From Candidatus Saccharimonadia bacterium (GTDB lineage Bacteria > Patescibacteriota > Saccharimonadia > UBA4664): 63,972 nt of DNA. The position numbers and the translations under genes were made by a program. The notes below the pieces were generated by a model, which had not been told where the DNA came from, did not search any database, and saw only the letters and a list, made by a program, of their open reading frames with translations. The stretch lies in the NCBI GenBank assembly GCA_041743505.1, contig JBGTMQ010000012.1, positions 1 to 63,972 on the forward strand. Reading direction: 5' to 3'. Numbering within the stretch: the stretch's first letter is position 1; every line of letters starts with the position of its first letter. Shown in pieces: positions 27,252 through 35,791 of this stretch.

Positions 27252-27809
27252 CTAAAACTTAACTGATACGGGCTTCTCAATTTCGGCTTGGTTTTCAACT
27301 TCGAAGAAGTCGCGATGAGTAAATCCTAGCATACCGGCCATCAAGTTGGTTGGAAATACCTGCAGCTTGATGTTGTAATCGCGGACGTTGCCGTTGTAGA
27401 ACCGGCGGGCGGCCTGGATTTTGTCCTCGGTGTCGACCAATTCGCCCTGCAGTTGCTGGAAGTTCTGGTTGGCCTTGAGGTCGGGGTAGGCCTCGGAGAC
27501 GGCGAACAAGCTCTTGAGGGTGTCGGAGAGCATGTTCTCGGCCTCAGCTTTTTGAGCGATGCCAGTGGCGTTGATGGCGGCGGCGCGGGCGGCGGTGACC
27601 TCCTCGAAGACGCTCTTTTCGTGCTTGGCGTAGCCCTTGACCGTCTCCATTAAGTTAGGGATGAGGTCGTAGCGGCGCTTGAGCTGGACGTTGATATCGC
27701 TCCAGGCCTCGTCGACCCGGACGCGGGAAGCGATCAGGCCATTGTAGATGACGATAAGGCCAATAATCAAGACGACCAGTACAATAATAATGATAAGTGT
27801 CAGAGACAT
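27252..27809 (-). CDS. lemA: LemA-family protein
   Basis: 185 aa. N-terminal TM, then the typical LemA sequence (YNGLI..R..V.EAWSDI.VQLKRRYDLIPNL...V.GYA.HE...F..V..AR). Confidence 0.9.
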   Translation of the reverse strand: MSLTLIIIIVLVVLIIGLIVIYNGLIASRVRVDEAWSDINVQLKRRYDLIPNLMETVKGYAKHEKSVFEEVTAARAAAINATGIAQKAEAENMLSDTLKSLFAVSEAYPDLKANQNFQQLQGELVDTEDKIQAARRFYNGNVRDYNIKLQVFPTNLMAGMLGFTHRDFFEVENQAEIEKPVSVKF

Positions 27810-27925
27810 TTGCTAGGTAATTCCTTGTTGTTGCTTTTATTATAGCAAATTACCCGAGGGGGCGGTATCGCCGCGTTTTTATGGTATTTGGCGGGTTTTA
27901 AGCAATTAGTGAAAGGTGCCGACCA

Positions 27926-28288
27926 TTAGGATTGCCGAGTAAAGCTCCATTGACCGATGTTAATGCGGGACCGACTGGAATTGAACCCGACCCATTGGCC
28001 GGTCATGTGCCGGCCGTCTTCGGAAATAATTAATTGGATAGCACCGTGAAAAACTGCTCCGTGATAGTGCCCGGCCGGGGAGGTGTGCTCTTCCCAAATC
28101 CCGGTGGCAATATTTTGGTCGAGGGTGAGGCCAAGCGACAACCGGCTCTCGGTTTGATCTTCGACCGATTGGCCGGTGCACTGCGTTCCCCGCTGCTCGA
28201 ATATGACCGAATGCTCACTCTCAAGACCCTGGCCGTGCGAGCTACTCAAATACGTATAGCGGCTAGTCCACCTTCCGGATAGGTTCAT
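27926..28288 (-). CDS. hypothetical protein
   Basis: ORF track 27926..28312 has a TTG start; ATG at 28288 (MNLSGRW...) is preferred. No recognisable motif. Confidence 0.5.
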   Translation of the reverse strand: MNLSGRWTSRYTYLSSSHGQGLESEHSVIFEQRGTQCTGQSVEDQTESRLSLGLTLDQNIATGIWEEHTSPAGHYHGAVFHGAIQLIISEDGRHMTGQWVGFNSSRSRINIGQWSFTRQS

Positions 28289-28418
28289 GGATTTATTATA
28301 TAAGTAATCCAATGGATACCATCGATCAAAAAGGCTTGGATTAGGCGTGATTTGAGAATTGTGTTATAATATATTGTGTCGTGCACCTGCTGAGACTCTC
28401 CATTGAAGGAGTTTTTTC

Positions 28419-28709
28419 ATGACAACCAAGCCCAAAACTATCAGATTACCTGATAAGAGCGAGCTACTTCGGCGGCTTCGATCGCCTGATACCACTCCCC
28501 TAGACAATGAGGTCTATGACCATTTGGCCGAACACGCCGACCAGCCTGTGGATGGCGCAGGCTTAGTCGCAATCGTGCATCAAGCACTAGCGACAATCCA
28601 GGAGCGCGAACCCAATGCATACTGGCCAAGGGCTAAACTGCTTTTCGTGATAGCGAGCATCGTTGACGATGCCGAAGTTCGGATCGACGCCAACCTGGCT
28701 GTCACGTAA
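28419..28709 (+). CDS. hypothetical protein
   Basis: 96 aa. AGGAG-like RBS (GAAGGAG) upstream of the ATG and a strong terminator downstream. Confidence 0.55.
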   Translation: MTTKPKTIRLPDKSELLRRLRSPDTTPLDNEVYDHLAEHADQPVDGAGLVAIVHQALATIQEREPNAYWPRAKLLFVIASIVDDAEVRIDANLAVT

Positions 28710-28737
28710 CCTGCATAAGATCATATGCACTATATAA

Positions 28738-28771
28738 AAGCGTCCATCGTTAACCACGATGGACGCTTTTT
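28738..28771 (+). terminator. rho-independent terminator
   Basis: Stem AGCGTCCATCGT / ACGATGGACGCT with a 5-nt loop, followed by T6. Confidence 0.7.
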
Positions 28772-28987
28772 TCATTACACTGGGGCACTCAAGCCCTGTA
28801 GGTATCACGGGAAGCACAGCATCCAGCTTGCTTTCGACCCTGAGGACGAGAATCTTAGTGGTGAGGGTGACTCCTCATGGACGATAAATTACGGAAGGCG
28901 ATGGCCTTCATCCCGCACAGTCCGCTACGGGAGTGAACCGGGTTTAGGCTTCCCTCTGCTGACGCATCCACCTCGCGTCTGCCTCTA

Positions 28988-29016
28988 TTTACTCCTATCG
29001 ACTTTTATGCTATAAT
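28988..29016 (+). promoter_or_regulatory. sigma70-type promoter for 29066..30160
   Basis: TTTACT (28988-28993), 17-nt spacer ending TGC, TATAAT (29011-29016). A small palindrome GGTCA-CT-TGACC at 29034-29045 sits in the leader. Confidence 0.45.
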
Positions 29017-29065
29017 ATGTAAGTCCTGCTTTTTGGTCACTTGACCACAATCTGGAGGTCCTTCC

Positions 29066-30160
29066 ATGGATAACGACGAGCCAAATGTTGGCCACCTATT
29101 CGTCCGCATTGATGATGAGGCCGAATTAACAATTCCTGAGTTCACGGCGGCCTTGGACCGGCGGGCACTTGAGCTCGCCACTGCGGGGTTTCTCACCCAC
29201 CCATCGCGGACTGAGCTCGCTGCCATTTGTCACCTGCGTGCGCATGGCCGAATTACCGGACGCCAGCTTCTCGAGCTTACCGCCAAAAGCGTCCATCTGG
29301 ACGCTGCTTTGGCCCACAAACCAGATCAGGAGTTCATCCAAGAGCCTGTTTTCGGGGTCCAACCCGGAGTCTGGGCCAACCTGGGACGGCTCGTCCTCGG
29401 CGAAGATGTCACATTCGAGCCTTTCCCTCTACCAGATGATCCTGGCCGTCTCACAGTGACCGTTTACGAGGCTCAACAAGCCTGGAGAGAGCGGCAGCGT
29501 GATTTAATGCGTGGCTGGTTCAAGACCGTTATGACGGACCTTGAACAAGCTCTGCGTCAAGAGAGTCTTTACGACTTCGAAACTGTCGACGATTTGCCGG
29601 CAGAGTTGGTGCGGGCCCTCGAAGCGGATATCGTTCGCAAACACTTCGACGGGCTGTACGGCATTGGAGCTGCACTTCACTCTCAACCCTCAGCTTCCGC
29701 CTCGGGGCTTGGGCGCGCGATCGGTGTGCAAGGCGTGTGGGTGGCAGACGCTCTCGCCAGGGCTATCTTACGCACAATTGCCGAGCTTGAAGCAGCAGAC
29801 GCGACCAACCAAGAGGAGCGTGATGCGCTCAAGCTGCATATCAATCTATGGTGGGGGTTGCTCAAGGGCTATGCCTACAGTGCCGTTCACCATCATTTCG
29901 GCCAATCCCTGCCAGGCATGCTGGCTTCAGACCCAGACGTCGTGGAGCGAATCTGCGCAGCCCTCGAAAGCGGGCTAACTACCATCAACCGTGAGGGCCG
30001 AGGCGTCGAACGCCACGGTGAAGTGGAAGGCTGGTCTGATGGACACGGCGAGTTGGCACAGCGCATTGCTTTGACCTATACCTCGAAGCTCGTTACTGAG
30101 CTGAAGAATGCGGTCGAAGCCGAACGCCGGGCGATGGAAGCACTCAGGAACATACGCTAG
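29066..30160 (+). CDS. hypothetical protein
   Basis: 364 aa with GGAGG RBS, predicted mostly alpha-helical. No recognisable motif. Confidence 0.6.
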   Translation: MDNDEPNVGHLFVRIDDEAELTIPEFTAALDRRALELATAGFLTHPSRTELAAICHLRAHGRITGRQLLELTAKSVHLDAALAHKPDQEFIQEPVFGVQPGVWANLGRLVLGEDVTFEPFPLPDDPGRLTVTVYEAQQAWRERQRDLMRGWFKTVMTDLEQALRQESLYDFETVDDLPAELVRALEADIVRKHFDGLYGIGAALHSQPSASASGLGRAIGVQGVWVADALARAILRTIAELEAADATNQEERDALKLHINLWWGLLKGYAYSAVHHHFGQSLPGMLASDPDVVERICAALESGLTTINREGRGVERHGEVEGWSDGHGELAQRIALTYTSKLVTELKNAVEAERRAMEALRNIR

Positions 30161-30326
30161 TATTGCCCGCCTGACCGGCCGGATTCATTTCGGCTAGTCA
30201 GGCGGTTCAGTTTGTGTGGTTCGGCTGTTTCCATCTTTAGCTGATAAAACGGAGGGAGGTATATGAATTGCAGCACTATTTCGGTAGCAGAGGCTCAATC
30301 AAGCCTTATTATAAGTATAATAATAA

Positions 30327-30412
30327 TGGTAGGCGGGGCGGGATTCGAACCCGCAAGCCGGTTAGGGCAGCGGATTTTAAGTCCGCCGTGTATACCATTC
30401 CACCACCCGCCC
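30327..30412 (-). tRNA. tRNA-Leu (anticodon UAA), CCA encoded
   Basis: Minus strand GGGCGGGTGGTGGAATGGTA...GGCGGACTTAAAATCCGCT...long variable arm...GCGGGTTCGAATCCCGC...ACCA. Anticodon loop CTTAAAA. Confidence 0.85.
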
Positions 30413-30586
30413 GAGTGATGATCGGAATTATTATAGTAGCATTATTGGTATTTGTCTCTCCCGCAAAGCTTGCTTTAGATGTTGCCAAATCTCACATTTA
30501 TTGTTATAGTATAGCATCGGTTAGCGTGCAGTTGATACAACTCCAACAAACCGTGCCGTACCTTCACACTACGCCATGAAGGAGGC

Positions 30587-31006
30587 GTGATGACGCGAAG
30601 ACGTTCTAAAAGAGTTGAGCTTGGAGCCCGCTATCTCGGCTTGGCCGCGGTAGCCACTCTGGGCGGTGCTGCCACACTCTCCTGCGGCAGCGAACAACCG
30701 CAGGAGCAGGTCTACTGCACCAACGCGAACGGCGTTGTCGTCGACGAGGACTACTGCGATGATAGCAGTGGCCACGGGGGCGGTGGCGGCTTCTTTTTCT
30801 TGAATACCGGCAACCACGGCTACGGTCATCAGCCTGGCCATCGATTGACCGGTGGCCAACGTTTCCCCTACAACGACACTGGCGCCCGGAGCAGACTAGG
30901 TTTGCCCACTACCGGCAAGGTCGGTAACGGCGTTGCCCGCGGCGGAGGTTTTGGAACCGGTTCCGGTGCCAAAGGTGGCGGTACCGGCGCGAGTACAGGG
31001 AGCTGA
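30587..31006 (+). CDS. DUF1190 (YgiB/YjfM)-like Gly-rich lipoprotein
   Basis: 139 aa. AAGGAGG RBS; GTG 30587 or ATG 30590 as start. Signal peptide plus lipobox-like ATLSCGS, Cys pairs, Gly-rich tail with VARGGGFGTGS (compare the RGGFG motif in E. coli YgiB). Confidence 0.65.
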   Translation: MMTRRRSKRVELGARYLGLAAVATLGGAATLSCGSEQPQEQVYCTNANGVVVDEDYCDDSSGHGGGGGFFFLNTGNHGYGHQPGHRLTGGQRFPYNDTGARSRLGLPTTGKVGNGVARGGGFGTGSGAKGGGTGASTGS

Positions 31007-31008
31007 TC

Positions 31009-32415
31009 ATGCGACGCGTTGAAATTGGCAAGATTCGCCAGGCTTGGCGAGCAACTATTGCCAGTCAGGGCCTGATTTACAGCGAAGAGGTCGGGGCGGA
31101 CGGCAAGCCGTACGACTACTGGACCGAGGGACCATACTACGATTTCACTAGTAGTGAGATCGAGCACCTCGAGCACGAAATGGCCAAGTTGTTCCAGATG
31201 TGCATTGTGGCCGTTGACCACGTGGTCGAAGGCTGTCCGCAGAATCCGACCTCGAATGCGAGAGCGGAGGTTCAAGCGGCGGGCGCCTGCACGCCGGATA
31301 CCTGCCTTATTAGCAAGTGGTACGGCACGCCGGCGTTTGCGCATCGTGAGATCATCCGCAGTTGGTACGACGATGATGCCGAGAACTTCTCGGGTGATTT
31401 TTCGCCCAGCGTGATTGGCCGGTTCGATATCCGTTACGACGGCAACGGGCCGCCTAAGTTGCTGGAGTTCAACGCCGACACACCAACGTGTTTGCCGGAA
31501 GCTGCGGTAGTCCAATGGCATTGGCACGAGGATACCAACCAGGGCCGCGACCAGTGGAATGGAATTCACGATGCATTGAAGGATGCCTGGAAGCGCAACA
31601 TTTCAAAGCTCATCCAGGCACGCCCGCATTTGCCTCAGGAACTAACGATTCACTTTGCTTGTGACGCCGCCGAAAAGTCCGGTGAAGACTTGTTCAACAC
31701 CGAGTACATGATGGAGGTGGCACGCCAGGCATTTGATGAGGCCAGCCCTGAGGAGACCGGGCAATTGTTCGGCGGTCGCAAGATCCGAGTCAAGTTCCTG
31801 TGGATGAGTGACATCGCAGCCGGAGACGTCGAGGCCGGAGACCGTTTCTACGAAGGTACCGACCCAGATACCCGGCAGCCAATTCACATCATCTACAAGC
31901 TCTACCCCTGGGAGTACATGTACGAGGAGCCGAGCGCTAAGCAAGCTTTCCGCGACATGGGCGACCACCGGAACGGCACCGTCTGGATCGAGCCGCCTTA
32001 CAAGATGCTTTGGAGCAATAAGGCGCTCCTGGCTGTCCTCTGGAAAGTCTACAAGGACGACCCCGAGCATAACTACCTGTTGCTCCCGGCTTACTTCGCT
32101 GATGAAAAGCCGTCAGATATGACGACCTACGTCAAGAAGGCCCTACTGGGACGCGAAGGCGCCAACGTCAGTATTGTTGTTGACGGTGACGAAGTGGAGA
32201 GTTTTGGTGGGCCGTACGGCGATGAGGGGTATATTTACCAGGAATTCGCTGCCCTGCCCGACTTTCCGGATTCGACCGGGCAATCGCACTACCCAGTGCT
32301 AGGTGCCTGGATGATTGACGGGGAGCCTTATGGGCTCAACATCCGCGAGAGCGATGGCCTGATCACCACCAACTACAGCAGGTTCGCCTGCCACGTCATC
32401 GACTCGTACCTCTAG
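31009..32415 (+). CDS. glutathionylspermidine-synthase-family ATP-grasp amidoligase (YgiC/YjfC type)
   Basis: 468 aa. GRFDIRYDGNGPPKLLEFNADTPTCLPEAAVVQWHW, KLYPWEYM, WIEPPYKMLWSNKALLAVLW, LLPAYF, REGANVSIV and GPYGDEGYIYQEF closely follow E. coli YgiC motifs. Confidence 0.85.
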   Translation: MRRVEIGKIRQAWRATIASQGLIYSEEVGADGKPYDYWTEGPYYDFTSSEIEHLEHEMAKLFQMCIVAVDHVVEGCPQNPTSNARAEVQAAGACTPDTCLISKWYGTPAFAHREIIRSWYDDDAENFSGDFSPSVIGRFDIRYDGNGPPKLLEFNADTPTCLPEAAVVQWHWHEDTNQGRDQWNGIHDALKDAWKRNISKLIQARPHLPQELTIHFACDAAEKSGEDLFNTEYMMEVARQAFDEASPEETGQLFGGRKIRVKFLWMSDIAAGDVEAGDRFYEGTDPDTRQPIHIIYKLYPWEYMYEEPSAKQAFRDMGDHRNGTVWIEPPYKMLWSNKALLAVLWKVYKDDPEHNYLLLPAYFADEKPSDMTTYVKKALLGREGANVSIVVDGDEVESFGGPYGDEGYIYQEFAALPDFPDSTGQSHYPVLGAWMIDGEPYGLNIRESDGLITTNYSRFACHVIDSYL

Positions 32416-32427
32416 AACGGAGCCGTC

Positions 32428-33303
32428 ATGGAGCTCAATTTTTGGATTGCGGTGACTCACGTTGCCGTGGTGATCGCGGGAGTTGTCGGTTTTTACTGGC
32501 TGATTAACTCCATTACAAAATGCGTCGACCAAGAGCAAATCCTGGTACGCCACAATGAAGCCTACCTCAGGCTGCGCCAAGGCATGGTACTGGGACCGGT
32601 CATCGCCACCATAACTACCGTCCCCCAAGGAATGCATTATTGGGGCTCAGTGGGGTGGGTGGCCTTGGCTTTCTGCATCGGTGCCTTCTGGAGCGTCGTT
32701 GGGCACTGGGTGGTCGACTGGATCTTTTTGAGCCGCCGGACCAGTGCGTTTGACGACACCAACGTGTCCATCGCCACAGCCAAGCTGGGGTTCTCGGTTG
32801 CGATGGGAATTGTTACGGCGGCGGCTTTCATCGGCAGCGCGCCTAACCGGGTTACCGGCCTGGTCAGCCTGGGAGTTTTTACTTCGCTAGCAGCTGCCGG
32901 CTTGCTGTTGACCTTGACGGCTTTCAGCACGCTTCTCAGGATCAAGGCGGTATCGGGTTCCCGGACGAGCTTGCGTCAGCACCTGTTGAGCGACAACCCG
33001 GCAGCCGGTTGGTATGCCTTGGCCGCACTGGTGCCGGCTAGCTTTGTCCTGGGGGCCGCTATGGCCGGTGATTTCACCACTTGGGGCGACAGCCTCAAGG
33101 GCTTTGGCCTGGCAGTGGCGGTAGCGCTGGTGGGCTCATTAGCCGGAGCGCTTTTCATCGACCTGACTATCCTAACGGGCAAGGGCTTCACGCTGTGGGG
33201 CATCTTGGACCGACGGGAAACATCCGGTGCCAAGCTGTTGCTTTCGTTCATGGTGGCGGCCACCCTCCCGGTGGCACTTGTGGTGAACCAATACGTGGCC
33301 TAG
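32428..33303 (+). CDS. polytopic membrane protein, possibly DUF350-repeat (YjfL-like)
   Basis: 291 aa with about 8 TM helices. Assigned mainly by context (third gene after the ligase) and weak N.A.A...G motifs. Confidence 0.45.
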   Translation: MELNFWIAVTHVAVVIAGVVGFYWLINSITKCVDQEQILVRHNEAYLRLRQGMVLGPVIATITTVPQGMHYWGSVGWVALAFCIGAFWSVVGHWVVDWIFLSRRTSAFDDTNVSIATAKLGFSVAMGIVTAAAFIGSAPNRVTGLVSLGVFTSLAAAGLLLTLTAFSTLLRIKAVSGSRTSLRQHLLSDNPAAGWYALAALVPASFVLGAAMAGDFTTWGDSLKGFGLAVAVALVGSLAGALFIDLTILTGKGFTLWGILDRRETSGAKLLLSFMVAATLPVALVVNQYVA

Positions 33304-33321
33304 CACCATGCTAGTACACAT

Positions 33322-33368
33322 AGGCCCCGTCTCTTCCGGAATTTTCCGGATGGAGACGGGGCCTTTTT
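33322..33368. terminator. bidirectional terminator between convergent operons
   Basis: Stem AGGCCCCGTCTC / GAGACGGGGCCT, followed by T5. Confidence 0.7.
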
Positions 33369-33389
33369 CATGGGAATTGGTGAGCTTAG

Positions 33390-34268
33390 CTAAAGGCCAA
33401 GCTGACTGCGGAGGTAGGGCGGAACAGCCATTGAAGCCTGGTAGGTCTCGGCTGTCAGGTACTGGTTCGCGCCCTGGATGCCCTGGGAGCGCTGCTTGAA
33501 TTCGGGTGCGTCCAGCAGCTTTAGCTCCTGAGCCGATGCGATGGCAAAACCAAACGACGTCAACTGATATCCGGGTACAACGGCTGTATGAAGCCGGGCG
33601 TGACCATAGACATGCCGCAGACGCTGCAACTGCTCTTTGACCTCCTGAGGCTGAAACAGCAGCGAGCCGCACTGCATCATGACCACGCCGCCGGGTGCGA
33701 GGATGGCCTTGACCTGAGTTAAGAAGGGCACGTCGAACAACTGCTCGGCGGCGCCGCCAGGAATGGGGTCGGTCAGGTCCAGGACCACAACGTCAAATTG
33801 TCCGGTGCAATCTTTGACATACTCGGCGCCGTCGGCGTAAACCAGCTCGGTCCGGGGAGCATCGAAGGAACCGGCGGAAATTGCCGGTAGGTGCTCGCGG
33901 CTGAGGCGGGTGACCAGGCTATCTATTTCCACCTGGACAACCCGTTCCAGCTTTTGGAAGCGCAACGCCTGGCGCAGAGCGCCGCCGTCGCCACCGCCAA
34001 TAATAAGCATCTGGCGGGGCGTGCCAACCTGCAGTCCAGGAAGCTGGACCATCATTTCGTGATATATGAACTCATCACTTTCGGTGGTCTGAATGATTCC
34101 GTCGATAACCAGCATCCGGCCAAAGAACGGAGTGTCAAGGACCTGGATATGGCCATACTTCGAGTTTTCATCATGCAGGACCTTGGTGACTTCCACTGAG
34201 ATGCGGACTCCGGAGCGGCCGAATGGCAGATCCTCTTCGGTTAGCCAGAATGATTGATTGGTGCTCAT
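33390..34268 (-). CDS. speE: spermidine synthase (polyamine aminopropyltransferase)
   Basis: 292 aa. LIIGGGDGGALRQ, VEID, DLTDP motifs. Confidence 0.9.
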   Translation of the reverse strand: MSTNQSFWLTEEDLPFGRSGVRISVEVTKVLHDENSKYGHIQVLDTPFFGRMLVIDGIIQTTESDEFIYHEMMVQLPGLQVGTPRQMLIIGGGDGGALRQALRFQKLERVVQVEIDSLVTRLSREHLPAISAGSFDAPRTELVYADGAEYVKDCTGQFDVVVLDLTDPIPGGAAEQLFDVPFLTQVKAILAPGGVVMMQCGSLLFQPQEVKEQLQRLRHVYGHARLHTAVVPGYQLTSFGFAIASAQELKLLDAPEFKQRSQGIQGANQYLTAETYQASMAVPPYLRSQLGL

Positions 34269-34269
34269 G

Positions 34270-34659
34270 TTACGATTGTACTCCCCTCTGAATGGTTGTC
34301 ATATTGGCTACTTTTGCTCCGAGTGCCTGTTTAATGACCTCGGCGCCGACTTGTGGATCCATGGCTTGCCCACAGGTTAAAATATCGACTGCCGCATAGC
34401 CATATTCAGGCCAGGTGTGGATTGAAATGTGGGATTCTGCCAGAAGTGCTAAGGCTGTAATACCTTGTGGCTCAAACTGGTGCGAAGTTACTTGCAGCAC
34501 GGTAGCGTGCGAAGCCTCCGCTGCTAGGCGCAGAAGTTCTACCAGACAAGCCCGGTTATCAAGCAATTGGCGGTCACAATCCCATAGATCGACCAAGACA
34601 TGCCGGCCGATGATGGCAGGGGTGGATAACTTGGATTGGTAGTGTGATGCGGTCTTCAT
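34270..34659 (-). CDS. speD: S-adenosylmethionine decarboxylase proenzyme (class 1, pyruvoyl-dependent)
   Basis: 129 aa with self-cleavage/active-site motif LLAESHISIHTWPE. Start lies 1 nt from speE. Confidence 0.85.
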   Translation of the reverse strand: MKTASHYQSKLSTPAIIGRHVLVDLWDCDRQLLDNRACLVELLRLAAEASHATVLQVTSHQFEPQGITALALLAESHISIHTWPEYGYAAVDILTCGQAMDPQVGAEVIKQALGAKVANMTTIQRGVQS

Positions 34660-34669
34660 ATCTGTTTCG

Positions 34670-35044
34670 TTACCGTGTTAATACCTGCTGCTCAGCTAAT
34701 GTGGCTTCAAAGAACGCTTGTGAAAAAGCAGCGGCTTCATCGGCATCAAAAGCACGGCAGGAGAATATATTGATATACGCCTTATTCCACTCTTCACTGA
34801 AATGGGCGGTAATAGAGCTGGTTTCAATCAGCTGCACCAATGTATAACCGGCCGATTTGGCGTCGGCGAGGCCAAAACGCTCAGCCCACGGTTCTCCGTA
34901 AGTCTTCATGTCAATAACCTGACAAAGCTCCTTGGCGTAGGTAACTAGATGGTCGCGTGAGCGGATAGTTTGAGGATTGCATCCGGTCAAGTTTAGGACT
35001 AGCTCCATACCATAGGTGGTAGGGGCCATAGTAAGTGTCTTCAT
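34670..35044 (-). CDS. AdoMetDC (SpeD/SpeH) paralogue with divergent active-site motif
   Basis: 124 aa, same fold pattern as 34270..34659, but the motif reads LIETSSITAHFSEE instead of ESHISIHTWPE. Confidence 0.7.
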   Translation of the reverse strand: MKTLTMAPTTYGMELVLNLTGCNPQTIRSRDHLVTYAKELCQVIDMKTYGEPWAERFGLADAKSAGYTLVQLIETSSITAHFSEEWNKAYINIFSCRAFDADEAAAFSQAFFEATLAEQQVLTR

Positions 35045-35186
35045 ATATTGTCTGTTAATACTTAACTTTGATTGATCTGATATTTTAGCAATAAATAATT
35101 AATAAGTCAATAGGATTTGTTGTTAAAACTATTACTATATGTTAAAGTAATATTTGTCGCCTTCGTGTTGCAACTAGACAAAGTGA

Positions 35187-35660
35187 TTGGAGCTCTGTCG
35201 TGCTCACTTACGGCTGGAAAAACGTTGGTGTGCCGCTTGGGCGAGAGCCGTGATAATCACGAGCGAGTCGCTCGATTTTCGGCCCTGTGCCATACAATCA
35301 CCGGTCCGCTACCGGGAGCTGCCGAAAGGCACCCTCGTCAGGCTCACCACCACCGGCAATGACGTCATTGACCTGGCGCTGCATGGACCTTTCGGAGCCC
35401 GCTATCCCGTTCATGGAGTCGCTGTCACCGTTTTGGCTGCCCCTTGGCGGTTCATATCTCCCAACAATGTGCTCATGAATGTCTCCACATTAGGTGGCAA
35501 GCCGCTCGACCAGGCCTGCCTGTACGACTTCATCAGCACACGCATCGAGTCAATGTTCCCGGGTGTGGCTATGTTGTTGACCGAAAGCTACTCAAGTTAT
35601 CTTTGCAAAGTTGCAACGGTCAGCGTTTGGAACGCTGCTGAGTTGTACTCCATCAGCTGA
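35187..35660 (+). CDS. hypothetical protein (start uncertain)
   Basis: ORF with TTG at 35187; GTG at 35250 is also possible. A strong terminator follows directly. No recognisable motif. Confidence 0.45.
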   Translation: MELCRAHLRLEKRWCAAWARAVIITSESLDFRPCAIQSPVRYRELPKGTLVRLTTTGNDVIDLALHGPFGARYPVHGVAVTVLAAPWRFISPNNVLMNVSTLGGKPLDQACLYDFISTRIESMFPGVAMLLTESYSSYLCKVATVSVWNAAELYSIS

Positions 35661-35665
35661 CCCCT

Positions 35666-35705
35666 ACCGGGTGCTTTGCTCACCCGAGCAAAGCACCCGG
35701 TTTTT
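35666..35705 (+). terminator. rho-independent terminator
   Basis: 16-bp stem ACCGGGTGCTTTGCTC / GAGCAAAGCACCCGGT followed by T5. Confidence 0.75.
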
Positions 35706-35791
35706 CTATTGGCTGATGCTTGAATCAAGATCCAAAAAAAGTGCCCAGAGCGCGAATTGCGCTCTGGGCACTGGCCGAGAAAAATGATCCT

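Noticed and set aside
28790-28987. Roughly 200-bp non-coding stretch upstream of 29066..30160 as a possible known ncRNA (tmRNA, RNase P, SRP or 6S)
   Set aside because: None of the conserved cores of these RNAs could be found by eye. Left unassigned.
33172-33672. 166-aa minus ORF and 63-aa plus ORF across the speE 3' end and terminator
   Set aside because: They overlap speE in another frame and span a bidirectional terminator. Their composition is Arg/Ala/Pro-rich.
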